The notes under the pieces are model-generated. The model saw only the letters and a list, made by a program, of their open reading frames with translations, searched no databases and was not told the origin of the DNA. From Carcharhinus amblyrhynchos (lineage: Eukaryota), in contig OZ336885.1 of the NCBI GenBank assembly GCA_965287045.1, positions 63,798,001 through 63,862,000 of the forward strand: a DNA stretch of 64,000 bases. Reading direction: 5' to 3'. The translations under genes and the position numbers were made by a program. Each line of letters starts with the position of its first letter. The first letter of the stretch is position 1. Shown piece after piece: positions 52,840 through 64,000 of this stretch.

Positions 52840-54890
52840 GGGATACAACTAAACCAACATTATCACGAGGCCAAGCAACCAATTCATTATCAATCGTAAG
52901 GGCTGGTGGGCATGCAAGGAACCACACCAGGCATCAGCAGAATTGATGCCTCAAACAGCGTGATGGTACAAGGAAGGAATATTTGAATGCCATGCAATAA
53001 CGTGGCAAGTTACAGGTAAAGGCGAATTCAGTCCAAAACAATGGATCAAAGGATCAAAACTCTTCAATTCGATCACATGAAACCGCGTAATCTGATTGAA
53101 AACTTAACAGCTCGTTCGAAGATATGTCTCCACAATGTCTCCTTTCTCAAAGAAGGATATGCACAGCACATCAATGCATAAGATATAACATTTACAACAA
53201 TCTTCGACAAAAAGCGATGAATGGATCATCCATTTTTGATCTCATCTGTCGGTCTCCAACATCATCAAAGTCAGCCTCCAAACATTCCCAAATAAACCAC
53301 CTGATCTCCTAAAACGGTTGAAGGCATTCGATCCCCGAAAGACCACGGATACTGGTGTGTTTGTGTTTTTTTGTTTGTTTTTATTTCTGTTTTTATTTTT
53401 CTCTCTTGCAATACAATTGAAAATGTTTCTCTGGAATGTGTCAATAATCTAGCAACTGATACCGGTACAAATGGAAAATTAACACGCATGTTTTACCTGT
53501 TATTTATAGTTTACAATAAACTAAATAGACATAAAGGACTGACTATTGAGCCTAAATGTGATGTGTCAACAGTGATATGATAGAGGGGATCAGCAGAGAT
53601 GGAGAGCGTCGCACACTCAGATATAACCTGCAAATAGAGGCTCAGTTTGTATTGCACTTAGGTAACTCAACTCCTGATGCCATTACAGCAGTGGGTTAAA
53701 TCGGACAAAGTGACTGTAGATCACAAACAAGTTATGAATTTCAACTTTGACATTAAGGCAACATTTTTTTTTCCGAGTCTGGAATCTAACAGTATTGTAG
53801 CAGCTTGGATCATTGGGAACCAGGCTGAAAAACCTCCGTTGGTTGTAATCATTACTGATTCAAGGGAAAGTTGCTCTAATGATTGTAATTCAATCATTTC
53901 GTCTCTTGTACATCAATGCAGTAAGTAATGGTAGTGCCTTACGCCTAGCCAAACCCAGTTGGTTCACGAAGTGCATTATTTAAAACTTAATCCAGACTGG
54001 AATATCTGTTGGTTACTGCAAAATGGTCAAAGCATTTGGTGACCTCACGAACACCGAAGCTCTGCATTTTTGTACGCCCAAAAAATAGACGCAGCAAGGC
54101 TAACAATTGACACATAATATTCCTGAAAGTGAAAGACTAGGCAATGGCAGTGGACAAAAAGACACAATCGAACAAAATATACTCTTGATATGCAATGGCA
54201 TGCTAATCGCTTAGATCAATCACTATCGATGGCTGTTACCCTTGACCAAAAAATGAACTGGACACACCATAGAAATCTTCTGGGTATCAGAGCAGGTCAA
54301 CAGCTTGGAATCCTGTGTCGAACTACAGCTTCTGACTGCAAACTTGTTTACTGTCTTCAAGGCACAACTGAGGTATGTAATTGAGTACGCTGCACTCGGC
54401 TGGATGAGTGCAACTCCATCAACACTGAAGATGGTTCATGCCATTCCAGGGTAAAACAAAAATTTTGATTTCAATCAATTCTTCAAACTTGAAAGCCTCC
54501 AATAATAACGAAAATTAACAGCTCAGTTTTTGCTCTGCAAGCTGCAGTACAGGAAGTTCGCTACTTCCTTAGGCAACACTTTCAAGACCCATGTCAGCTA
54601 GGAACCAGAAGGATAAGAACAACTGATATAGGGGAAGCCGGCATTTTTTTTAGTTTTCCTTCCAATCACTCATTAACAATCACTTTTAATCACGTGATAA
54701 CATATCACTTTTCAGTTATTTTTGTTTGTGGAAGGCATGCAATTCCGTCCCGAATAGAACTGTGGGTGCACCTATAATTCAGTGACGGCAAATGTTCAAA
54801 AAATCAGATAACCACCACTTCCTGCAAGGAAAATAGGAATGAGGAATGCATGCTGTCGTGGACAGAAATACGCATATTCTGTAATAGAAT
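52840..54890 (+). mobile_element. Highly decayed non-LTR retrotransposon, same family as 15715-17435
   Basis: VTLDQKMNWTHHRNLLGIRAGQQLGILCR; shared 3' tail. Confidence 0.7.
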
Positions 54891-54967
54891 CAAAAATATC
54901 CCTTCCACTCAGATCACTAAAAGCCGGTCAAGACTTCTCCTCGACAGCGGACAAGTGGTGAACTTAC

Positions 54968-55088
54968 TTCCTGCCATCCACAGTATTTGAAATAATCTTC
55001 TGTCTATTATGATTTGCAACTACCCGTGGAGCCTCGACATTGTGCAATGTAACAGCTCCTTTATGATATGCTTTATACATGTACAAAA
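54968..55088 (-). CDS. Candidate 121-nt exon VLYMYKAYHKGAVTLHNVEAPRVVANHNRQKIISNTVDGR, phase 1-2
   Basis: Acceptor atgtttttctcag, donor GAA|gtaagt; only the phase-1 frame is open; no recognisable domain. Confidence 0.35.
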
Positions 55089-56849
55089 CTGAGAAAAACA
55101 TTGTAAATGATATTTTTTCTTTCAGTTGAAGGGTTGTAAATACTTGTAAATTTAACCTCGAATTAATGTTCCACACTCAGCTGAACTTAAATTGTGCCAC
55201 AAATTTTGGTCAGGCTTGTGCTTTCCTAAAATACAGATACAAACAAAAAGAATAAGCAATGCAGGGAAACATTAGCTGTGAGCGAATAATTAGAGGTAAA
55301 AATGTGGGTCAATCCTGTTTCAAACGGTTTAATCTTTTTGAAATTTCTCCATCCTGCCGTTGAAACAGCCACCAAAACAAAAATTCTATCATCGAACTGC
55401 ATGTCATTTAGAAAAAAAAAGTGTGCCACTGATCAGGCAGTCAAACATATGTTGACTTTTTTTTAATGACAACAATTATATTCAAGTAGACTGATGTACA
55501 CAGTAGATAAAACGTGAGGAAGAAATATTGAATCAGTTAAGTTGACATGTCTTTGTATGAACAGGTTTCCAAAAGTAGTAGTTTGAATTGATACCCTTTT
55601 GTTTCTGTCGTAATTTTTCTCCTTTCAAATAAGACGAAAAAAATAATTGTTGTTAGATCAAAACAAATACAATAATTTAATCTCACCACAGCAGAAGGCA
55701 TGCTATTGATTGAATGAAACTATGCTGTGTTGTCCATCTTCATTGTTTTTAATTCCATGTGCAAAGATCAATCGACTCAAATTATGTCCAGTTGTACATT
55801 GGAAATTCCATTACCGCTGCATATATCATGTTACCAGATTGAAAATAGTGGACATTAATAGTTGCCGATGTAAAGACCGATATGGTGCATTATAGTTGTT
55901 CAAAACACTTTTAATTTTACAGTTCTGAAGGCACAGCACTAATATTGCAATACGATTTTTAAGTTTTTTTTAGAAAGGACTGCGATGTCAATGTAAGCAA
56001 TGCTTCGTGTCCCTGATTCGACGCCCATCCGATCATTTATCTGTTAATGAAAAATATTTGTTGTGTTTTTAATGGCAAGACCTCCACAAATCGAGATTTA
56101 TAATGCCATGCAATTAGTTTTCCCCTCTCCAATTGAAAACATGTCTTCATCCTTATTGATATGCTAATGAAGTGGTTTAACCACCACAAGGCAGAATGCT
56201 CGGCACATTTCTTTGTCAGTAATACACAGGTTGCAAATACGAGGGACAAAAAGTTCCATGAGAAGGTATAGGCTCTCCCCAGTATTTGATGAACCCAGGA
56301 ACATGAGATGAAGAAAAAAAAGGCATGTCCAATTGTTCATCTCAGATTGTGATGCTTCACGGAGAGTCCAGACACGTGCTAGAAGGGTCTGAAAAAAAAA
56401 CCTGGCCTCGTGGATAGGTGCTGATCCTGACTTTTTGCGAATGATGTAGGAGGGCACCAAGTCAGCTCAGTGTATCCACTTTTCCCGCTTTCCACCCACC
56501 CAAATAAATATCTGTCTTCGTATTCTTGCTACCCAAGTGGACAATCTCATGCGTATTGCTTCTGCCAGAAATAAGCCCACACTGTCCATCTGTTGAAATC
56601 ACACTGACGCATCTCTTCACCCTTCTCACACCACACCCTCCAACCAAATTTGTGTCACATGCGAATGGGGAGCTAATTTAATTAGTTTCATCTTCTGAGC
56701 CATTAACATGTAAACTGCGCATCGTACGTCTGAACACATATCCTTTCCATACACTATAATTGTCTGTCAGCCAATCGAGAAATAAAAACAGTCATTCGAA
56801 TTCTTCGTTTTTTCACCTGTTTTTTTTTTCTGCTTTCATTATGACGTAA

Positions 56850-57190
56850 CTAGTCAGGGTCACTTCGAAAGGAATGTTCCAGGTAGTGGAGAGTTCAGTA
56901 CGAGGAGTATGAGGCTTGAGGGTGTGGAGTAAACCGTTGAGGACTGAGGCGAGAAACAACGTCATCACCCATCGCGTGGTGAACTTGTGGATTTCATTGC
57001 CACAGAAAGTAGTTGAGGCCAAAATGTGTGGTTTCGAGAAGAAAAAAAATAGATATAACTCTTCGTGCTCAAGAGATGGTGTTGTATACTGGAAGTTGTA
57101 TGAGGATATTGCTACGGGTGATCAGCAATTATGAAAGTGAATGACAGAGCAGACTTTAACAGCGGAATTGCAAACTGTTGTTTCGAAACT
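56850..57190 (+). mobile_element. Degenerate CR1 3' fragment
   Basis: ORF 56916 (RNNVITHRVVNLWISLPQKVVEA). Confidence 0.8.
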
Positions 57191-58099
57191 ATGTTTCGAA
57201 GTTCCTGTACACTCATCCTACAAATCCAACTCTGCCACCCATTTCATCACACTGTTCAACAAAGCAAGTAAATGATAATTCATGACACACAGTACAAACA
57301 CACTAAACCACCGAACCACACACAGAACATTCATTTCGGCAGAACCTAAGTACGGATTCAAGCTCACACAAGCTGTTGAGACATCAGTATGCGAGAACGT
57401 GCAATGAACATGCATATGCCCAATATGGAAAAAGAAAGAGAGCGCAATGCAGTGTGTGAACACAGTTTTTTTTTCAGTACACCTGCCGATGCAACTATTG
57501 AGATTGTTCATCTAAGTATTGAGCCTTAACAGGATGTCCATCGAATCTCCGCGTTTAGAAGATTTGAGATTATCCTGTTTTTTTTTCCCTGAAAACGTAA
57601 TGCAGCCGAAGAAAAATAACCTGAAAATGAAGATAACCAACAGAAACAGAGATTATGCGCATTCAGCCTTCATTTGTTTTTCATGCCATCAACACGTCCT
57701 GATGAAGCTATTATTATTCCGATGGAATTCTTCATATGAAGTTGAACATTATAATTGCAGCTCAAAATTTGATCAAAACAGGGATAATAGTTAATTGAAT
57801 AATTCATCAGCATGTACCTTGCTAAGAAACATAACTATGACTTTTCGGAATTTTACTCGAAACAAATATTGGGATTGATTATTGTTTTAAAATCAATCGT
57901 CTTCTTCCAGAAATAGCTTTATGGCAAATGAAGTCAACATAGAAATCAAGAGTTAATGTGATTCCACAAGGGCGTAGAAAAAGAAAAATGATTAATTACA
58001 ATTCCACCGTTCTCTTACTAAATGATTATTGAAGCTCTCGAAATTGGAGTAAAGTTTAGAACAGCTGTTCATGTTGCAGAGGTTTTATTTTATTCTCAC

Positions 58100-58135
58100 C
58101 TGTAATTTTTAAATCTTTATTCAAAGCAACTATTT
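58100..58135 (-). CDS. 36-nt phase 1-1 micro-exon EIVALNKDLKIT
   Basis: Acceptor (T)n-cccttccctcatag, donor CAG|gtgaga; matches the 12-aa repeat. Confidence 0.8.
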
Positions 58136-58264
58136 CTATGAGGGAAGGGAAAAAAAAAAATGTTGACTTCTGAACGGGAATTGCCTTTGTGTCTCAATAG
58201 AAACACTATTGCGAATCTGCAGATTAGTCAACAGAGACTGATTGCCTGATTTAATGGGGTTCAC

Positions 58265-58327
58265 CCAGCTCCCCAATATCAAAGGAGGGATATTCATCAT
58301 TTATATTCCCTTGTGGTGCCTCTGTTT
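58265..58327 (-). CDS. Candidate 63-nt phase 1-1 exon ETEAPQGNINDEYPSFDIGEL
   Basis: Weak acceptor cactatcagtcag, donor TGG|gtgaac; symmetric and open but not coiled-coil-like. Confidence 0.3.
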
Positions 58328-59415
58328 CTGACTGATAGTGTCGCGTCAAACGTGCAGTGAAATCCATCCCCAAGCACAATATAGTTATTACAATGTAATT
58401 CTTCTTCTGTGAGGTTCCCAACCGAATCACCAATAGACCTTAGCTAGTTGAGGGTTAATACTAGCTGCATTGGAAACTGAGACTATCGTAGAAACAGGTT
58501 CTTTCTGGATGTACGGTGGACTTCTGGCACGAGGGAAAGCGTTGTGTACTTGTATTAGCAGATTTCGAGACACCGACAATTTCGGAGTGGAGTGCAATGC
58601 AAGACAGTGGTGTCAGCCATCAGGCTCCAACAACGCTGAGGGTAATCTCAATGTGACCTCGTTTTATGAAATTGACATACTAACGCAGGTCCATTTTAGT
58701 CAGAGCTGAATTACGGAAGGAACTTCTCGAGTTCAATGGCACATGCACACCCGCAGATAAATGGATACCAACGGTGGCGACGTGTCAAAACTAAGTGATT
58801 ATATGCGTTTTCAGCCCTCAGTAGTGTCGAAGGTGACTTTCTAAACTAATGTCCCTCATCCTCATGAGAATTTCGGTGGATGATGACTAAATCAAAAGGT
58901 TGCAAAATCTCCTCACTGACGCCTCTCATCTTGCCGTGGAATCCCAGCACAGAAACAGCATGAAATTTAGCCAGTTCTCCGACGTGCACTTTAGTAACCT
59001 TCTGCCTGGAAACATTTGAATTGGAAATCCAATATCATCAATGTGGGGTCAATGTAGATGGTGACACGTAAGCTTTCACTTCCGCTCTGCGACACAAACA
59101 TAGATGAACTCTTCGATTGGTTCCATGAACCAATGTAAGAAGTGATTCATTTTAGGTGAACGTCACGTCACCCATTGTCAAAATACATCGCTAAGGTAAT
59201 CTGACAGAGAAATATTCCTCTCTGATGTGTATGGGAGCCTATGTTGTCCCTTGATGTGACAACTTTCCGAAAGTAATACATTGACCATCATTCAAAATAT
59301 GCCTGTGGATGTTATCTAAGGTTAGGAAACAACTTCTGTCTTCATATAAATCTCTCTTTTTCGACTCTCATATATGCACACACATACACACAAGCAAGCA
59401 AACTTTCTCTCTCTC

Positions 59416-59561
59416 NNNNNNNNNNNNNNNNNNNNNNNNNNNNNNNNNNNNNNNNNNNNNNNNNNNNNNNNNNNNNNNNNNNNNNNNNNNNNNNNNNNNN
59501 NNNNNNNNNNNNNNNNNNNNNNNNNNNNNNNNNNNNNNNNNNNNNNNNNNNNNNNNNNNNN
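59416..59561. other. Assembly gap (146 N) abutting a (CT)n run
   Basis: Directly visible. Confidence 0.99.
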
Positions 59562-59648
59562 TGGAGAACTGCTGAAAATGAAGTCATGCATCCAAAGGTG
59601 TGAAATCTCGCAATCAAAATTGGGATTTGACTCCATACATTGCATTAC

Positions 59649-59675
59649 CCGAATCTTTCTCGCGGGTCTCTTCAT
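59649..59675 (-). CDS. 27-nt phase 1-1 micro-exon DEETREKDS
   Basis: Acceptor ttatttgaaattccag, donor CGG|gtaatg; D at position 8 as in two other 27-nt exons. Confidence 0.72.
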
Positions 59676-60306
59676 CTGGAATTTCAAATAATATTGCAGT
59701 GATAAAGGGGTTATAGGCGGGGAGAATTAATGAACTTAGTTTTTTTTTAAACTTAGTTTACATTGCTAAATATGAACTGATAATATGTGGTAATTTTCGT
59801 CAGATAAATATCCACATGAAAACGCAAGCAACGTTGGGCCGCATCAAATTACTTTCCAGGAAAATGGAAATGATCAATTTTGTTCCGACTAAGTAAATGA
59901 TGAAAGGCAGAATAACCTTTCTGGGTTTCTGCAGTGAATCAACCGAGCAGGATCTGCGACAGCCTAAATATTTGTGGCACAAATTAAATAGCATTGATTT
60001 GTACGAACCATTCAATATCCTACTTCTTTCGTGGAAATATTAACGAATCTTTAACAGGCAAATATCCTGACAATCCGATGTGATTTACGCTATTTCAGAC
60101 GGCCGGCATGATGCATTTCACTTTGTTGTATTGCGTAATAAGTCATACCTTAGCCTTTAATATGGTTCATTACTGATGATGTGGGATTTATTCTGATCCA
60201 AATACTCACAGGGTAACAATGACAGAATTACATATTTAAACGTCAAGTTACAAGGGTTTCATTCCAGTGACGGGAGGCTCGAAGTGGACAAAATATATTT
60301 CCTCAC

Positions 60307-60333
60307 CATCGATTTTCGCTCTTGCTTCGAGAT
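60307..60333 (-). CDS. 27-nt phase 1-1 micro-exon DLEARAKID
   Basis: Acceptor tcttctcttatttgtgtaag, donor ATG|gtgagg. Confidence 0.6.
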
Positions 60334-60979
60334 CTTACACAAATAAGAGAAGACTAAAGATGTAACGTGAATTTATAGATAAAGTTTTCATTTTTGTCCA
60401 TGATGACTGTTCGTCATCATGTTAAATAAACATCAACCACTACGTCTGAATAATCTCATAAACTGAAGATTTATGAAAGATTTCTGAACGAATTTGCATT
60501 CAAAAATATGCGTTTAAATATAAGTGATTAATAAAGCAGCAGATGAAATATTTATGGACAGCAGTGGACAAAGCCTCTCGTTATTCACTGAACGACACAA
60601 TGGAAGAATAATCAACACTCAACACGACATCGATTTTTTATTCATAAACAAGTTCAGGTGAAATTCGGGTAAGCTTCAGCTATTGGCTTCCGCTAAACAC
60701 TTCTCAAAACAATTCGACACTTCTGATGACTCAAACGCACCTCATCCAGAATGACAGCTTTGTGAGTTTGGAGAATTCAACATTTCGTCCTGAATGACTG
60801 AAAACGTCATGCCGAAACATATGAAACATATACCTCCAAATAAATGAGTGGATAATTCTAACAAGTTTAACGATAATGACTATGGGTGATTAAATTGTCC
60901 ACAGTAGATTTTTGTTTTATTATGGTTCGAATAACTAAACATGTTAGTTTGAAAACATCTACAGATGAGGCCGAGATCG

Positions 60980-61700
60980 AATTGAATCTCCAGTCATACA
61001 GTGTGGAAGCGGCAATTTGGTCCATCAAGTAATGTTGGCACGCGAGAAACAAATAGCATTCCAATTAATCCCATATAACAACATTCGGCCCAGTGTCATA
61101 ACGTCTCAAGAGTTCAACAAGTTACCTTTGCACAATATGTGGTAACTCGCCCCTTCACCACTTTAACGCCGTACATTCGGGGCCATCAGCATCGTCTTTA
61201 TAAAATAAAACATTGGCTTCCATCCCCCTAAACATACTGCCACTCAGCTTGAACCTGTTGTCGCTTGTGTCTGGTCTTCAACTGCAGGGTATAACAGTTC
61301 CTTATCCAATGTGTCCATGTGTCTCGTTATTTGTACACTACAATCAGAATGCACCTTCGTCTTAAATGTTCTGTCGCAGGCCTATGCGACCTCTTCAAAG
61401 ATTAAATGTTCTATTGTAGCACTGTACTTGCTAATCTACATTAAATTCGCATTTTCATTAAATGTGATCAGAAATGTACACAGCACGCTAGTGTGGTCCT
61501 TAACACGCTACTATACAACTCCAACATGACATTGATGATTTTGTAATCTATGCCTCGATTGATAAATCCAATCTCCCATAAGCCCTTTACACCATCTGAC
61601 CAATATGTCCTTCAACCATAAGACATCTTGGACAAACGCATTGAAGTCCTCTTTTTTCCACATTTTTTCTAATGCAATTCTGTCATTGTAAATGAGTCTA
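60980..61700 (-). mobile_element. Very old CR1 remnant
   Basis: Tail 'catacagtgtggaagcggcaatttggtccatc'; 'gatcagaaatgtacacagcac' (CVHF-S). Confidence 0.65.
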
Positions 61701-62022
61701 GCATTGCCATTCGACTACTTTATGAAACCGCACTTATGTCCCCCAAATAGAATCATTCAAGTGGAAGGAGATGAAGTTATTTCATTGTCTGCGATCATTA
61801 GGGACATGCCAATAGATATACAAAAGGGGAAAAAAAATTAAACAACATTTTGAGGTAAGTAAGACATGGAATACAGATTGCCTGGCCAGCATTTAAAACA
61901 ACTAGCTTTAAAAGCAATAGTTAATAAGTGGAGCAAATCGTCTGATGGTAAGGCTTTGTATTTTTGCTCAATAAATAGTTGGAAAGGCACACCATATGCT
62001 CACTCATAGAAGTCAATCTTAC

Positions 62023-62037
62023 CTTTTTTCTGTTTCT
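62023..62037 (-). CDS. Candidate 15-nt phase 1-1 micro-exon EKQKK
   Basis: Acceptor cctcacgacag after a T-rich tract, strong donor AAG|gtaaga. Confidence 0.45.
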
Positions 62038-64000
62038 CTGTCGTGAGGTTCAATCAATAAGAAATAAAAGTTTGCAGAGAAGTTCATGGAACATTCTTCA
62101 TTGGACTCACAATTTTCGGTATTTTCAATCAATCTCATTTGAACCAATATGCCATTTTTTGCCAAAATAATGAAATAACTAAGGTATTGGCTGTGTATTT
62201 CTGAAAATAATAAACAAAAACGTAACACTGTTTCTGAGTAAAGTGACTAAATACGCTTTCGTCTTTTGAGAGATAATTGGTAATCGTTTGCATTATAGAA
62301 ACAAGAACTTATCATGTTCGGAGTTAAGGATATAATTGACCAGGAACTGCCGCTATCTTTGCAAGTGAACCCAAAAAATATCGCATCGTGTTCTGTGCAG
62401 AAATGTTCCTTTATTCATCTTGATATATCTGCATCTATGTCCAAGAGTCATTTGTCAACAGTGGAGTGACGCCAGAGACAGCTGCATCCACAATGCCTGT
62501 TGTCCTTAATACCTTCACGATCTCACTGAAAACAGACCTCGAACATTCGAGAGAAAAAAAAAACAATTCCCTAGGAACTACTGCAACTTCAGTTGTGCAA
62601 TAATGTATCTCAAGAAGAAAAAACGAATATTAGCAGGCAAATCCTAAATTATTGACAGGATGTTTTCAGCGAAGAGTTCGTCCGATTACAACGCACAAGA
62701 AAGGGAACGTTGTTGACCGAACGCCAAACGACTCGAATGATGCAACACGACCTTGTGCATCCTTGCATAATCAGATTGCAATCCATAATGTAAATGATAA
62801 TTGAAAATCTGGCTGAACTGATGTAGTTCAGACAGGAGAAACAGAACTACGTGATACACAGAGCAAATATCTGACCAAACCACATCGGATGGTCCGGGAT
62901 TTTTTTTTTCAGGTTTTGAAGAAAATGAATTCAATAGACCTGATTTCACCCAGGGCAAGAATGTTTAGAAGCACATGGTGAAAAAGTGGATTTCAGAAAT
63001 ATGTAACAGAGGGTAAGATATCTCTGCATATAATGTTAATATCGTACCAAGAGTGAATTAAACGCCTGCTAGTTAACTGAAGAAAGTCAATGAAAATAAC
63101 GAAGTCAGTGCCACCTTTTCTTGCAATAGTCATTTTACTCTGGACAGGCACCAGTGATGTGTTGAACTACGAACTGCCCACATCCTTTTTTTTTAAGTTG
63201 CAAAGATTCGTTGATTAACTCACTAACTGTCAGTTCAACTGTAGAAGATGTAAGCTTTCAGAAAACAACAAAACATGATGCAATTAATAGTCGCTTCGTT
63301 AGTGATCAGTTAATTTAATAAAATCATTGTGGATTGTTAAAGTGTCAATAAAGAACAGGATTTTGCTTTTAGTTGGTGAAATAAATCATGTTGCCAATAG
63401 TAGTACATTGATCTGCTGAGGACAATTGATAAAATGCTGGTCAGCAAATGTTAGCGGTAATCGAAGCACCTTGAATTATAAGGAGAGATAAATCCTGCCT
63501 GCGAAATGTAACGCAGAACATGCTAATAGAGAATGCAAGAAAGCGACGCCGTTTAAATGTGCTTTGATATATGGAGCGCTGAGATTATTTGGCTGAACAT
63601 CCTTCATTTGTACTGGAGGGCGTTTGTGTTCATGTTATTCTGGTAAGTTTGCTGATTGTGAGAAATACAGTGAAATGGTAACGTACCAGATTGCAGGAAG
63701 CTTTAAATTAATATTCACCGGATTTCAACATTAAGAAACGTGCTCTTCTTGACATATGTGATAATCGTCTGGAGAATGACTTTCTAAATTCGCAGTTGAT
63801 ACGATGCTTAGAAGACTTTTTTTTAATTTCAAATTTACTATGTGCTGCCGATAAATTTTCGGCTCCACGATTTTCAAGTTATTATCTTAGTTTAGCTGAA
63901 ATATATTCAAATCTTCTGCTTTTATTGATTTTATTTTTGTGGGGGAAGCAAGTTTGATACACATGTCATGTTTTGACAGAACGGGCGAGCTTCACCGCGT

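Noticed and set aside
1-64000. Ig/TCR segments or RSS, rRNA/tRNA genes, DNA transposase or prokaryotic systems
   Set aside because: No Ig-domain ORF, no heptamer-nonamer pair, no intact tRNA (only SINE heads) and no transposase motifs seen by eye

Overview
This is eukaryotic, repeat-rich genomic DNA. CR1/HER1-type LINEs, V-SINE (HE1-like) cores and Penelope-type palindromes point to a cartilaginous fish (inference). Every recognisable ORF in the supplied track is a broken LINE ORF2 fragment; the rest are microsatellite or chance frames. Reading splice signals directly reveals a minus-strand gene that the ORF track misses. At least 12-13 symmetric phase-1 micro-exons (27 and 36 nt, one of 15 nt) are spread over about 60 kb (62037 to 1545). 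They encode a repeated coiled-coil module (9 aa + 12 aa = three heptads), reminiscent of the heptad micro-exons of butyrophilin/BG-type cytoplasmic tails. No start, stop or globular domain was found in the window. The introns also hold four notable structures: (1) a perfect 216-bp palindrome carrying a minimal hammerhead-ribozyme motif on each strand; (2) two copies of a composite CR1-3'UTR/V-SINE element with a conserved splice acceptor; (3) a 3x356-bp tandem repeat whose middle copy is chimeric; (4) a 146-N gap. Repeat boundaries are approximate; exon boundaries were counted by hand.
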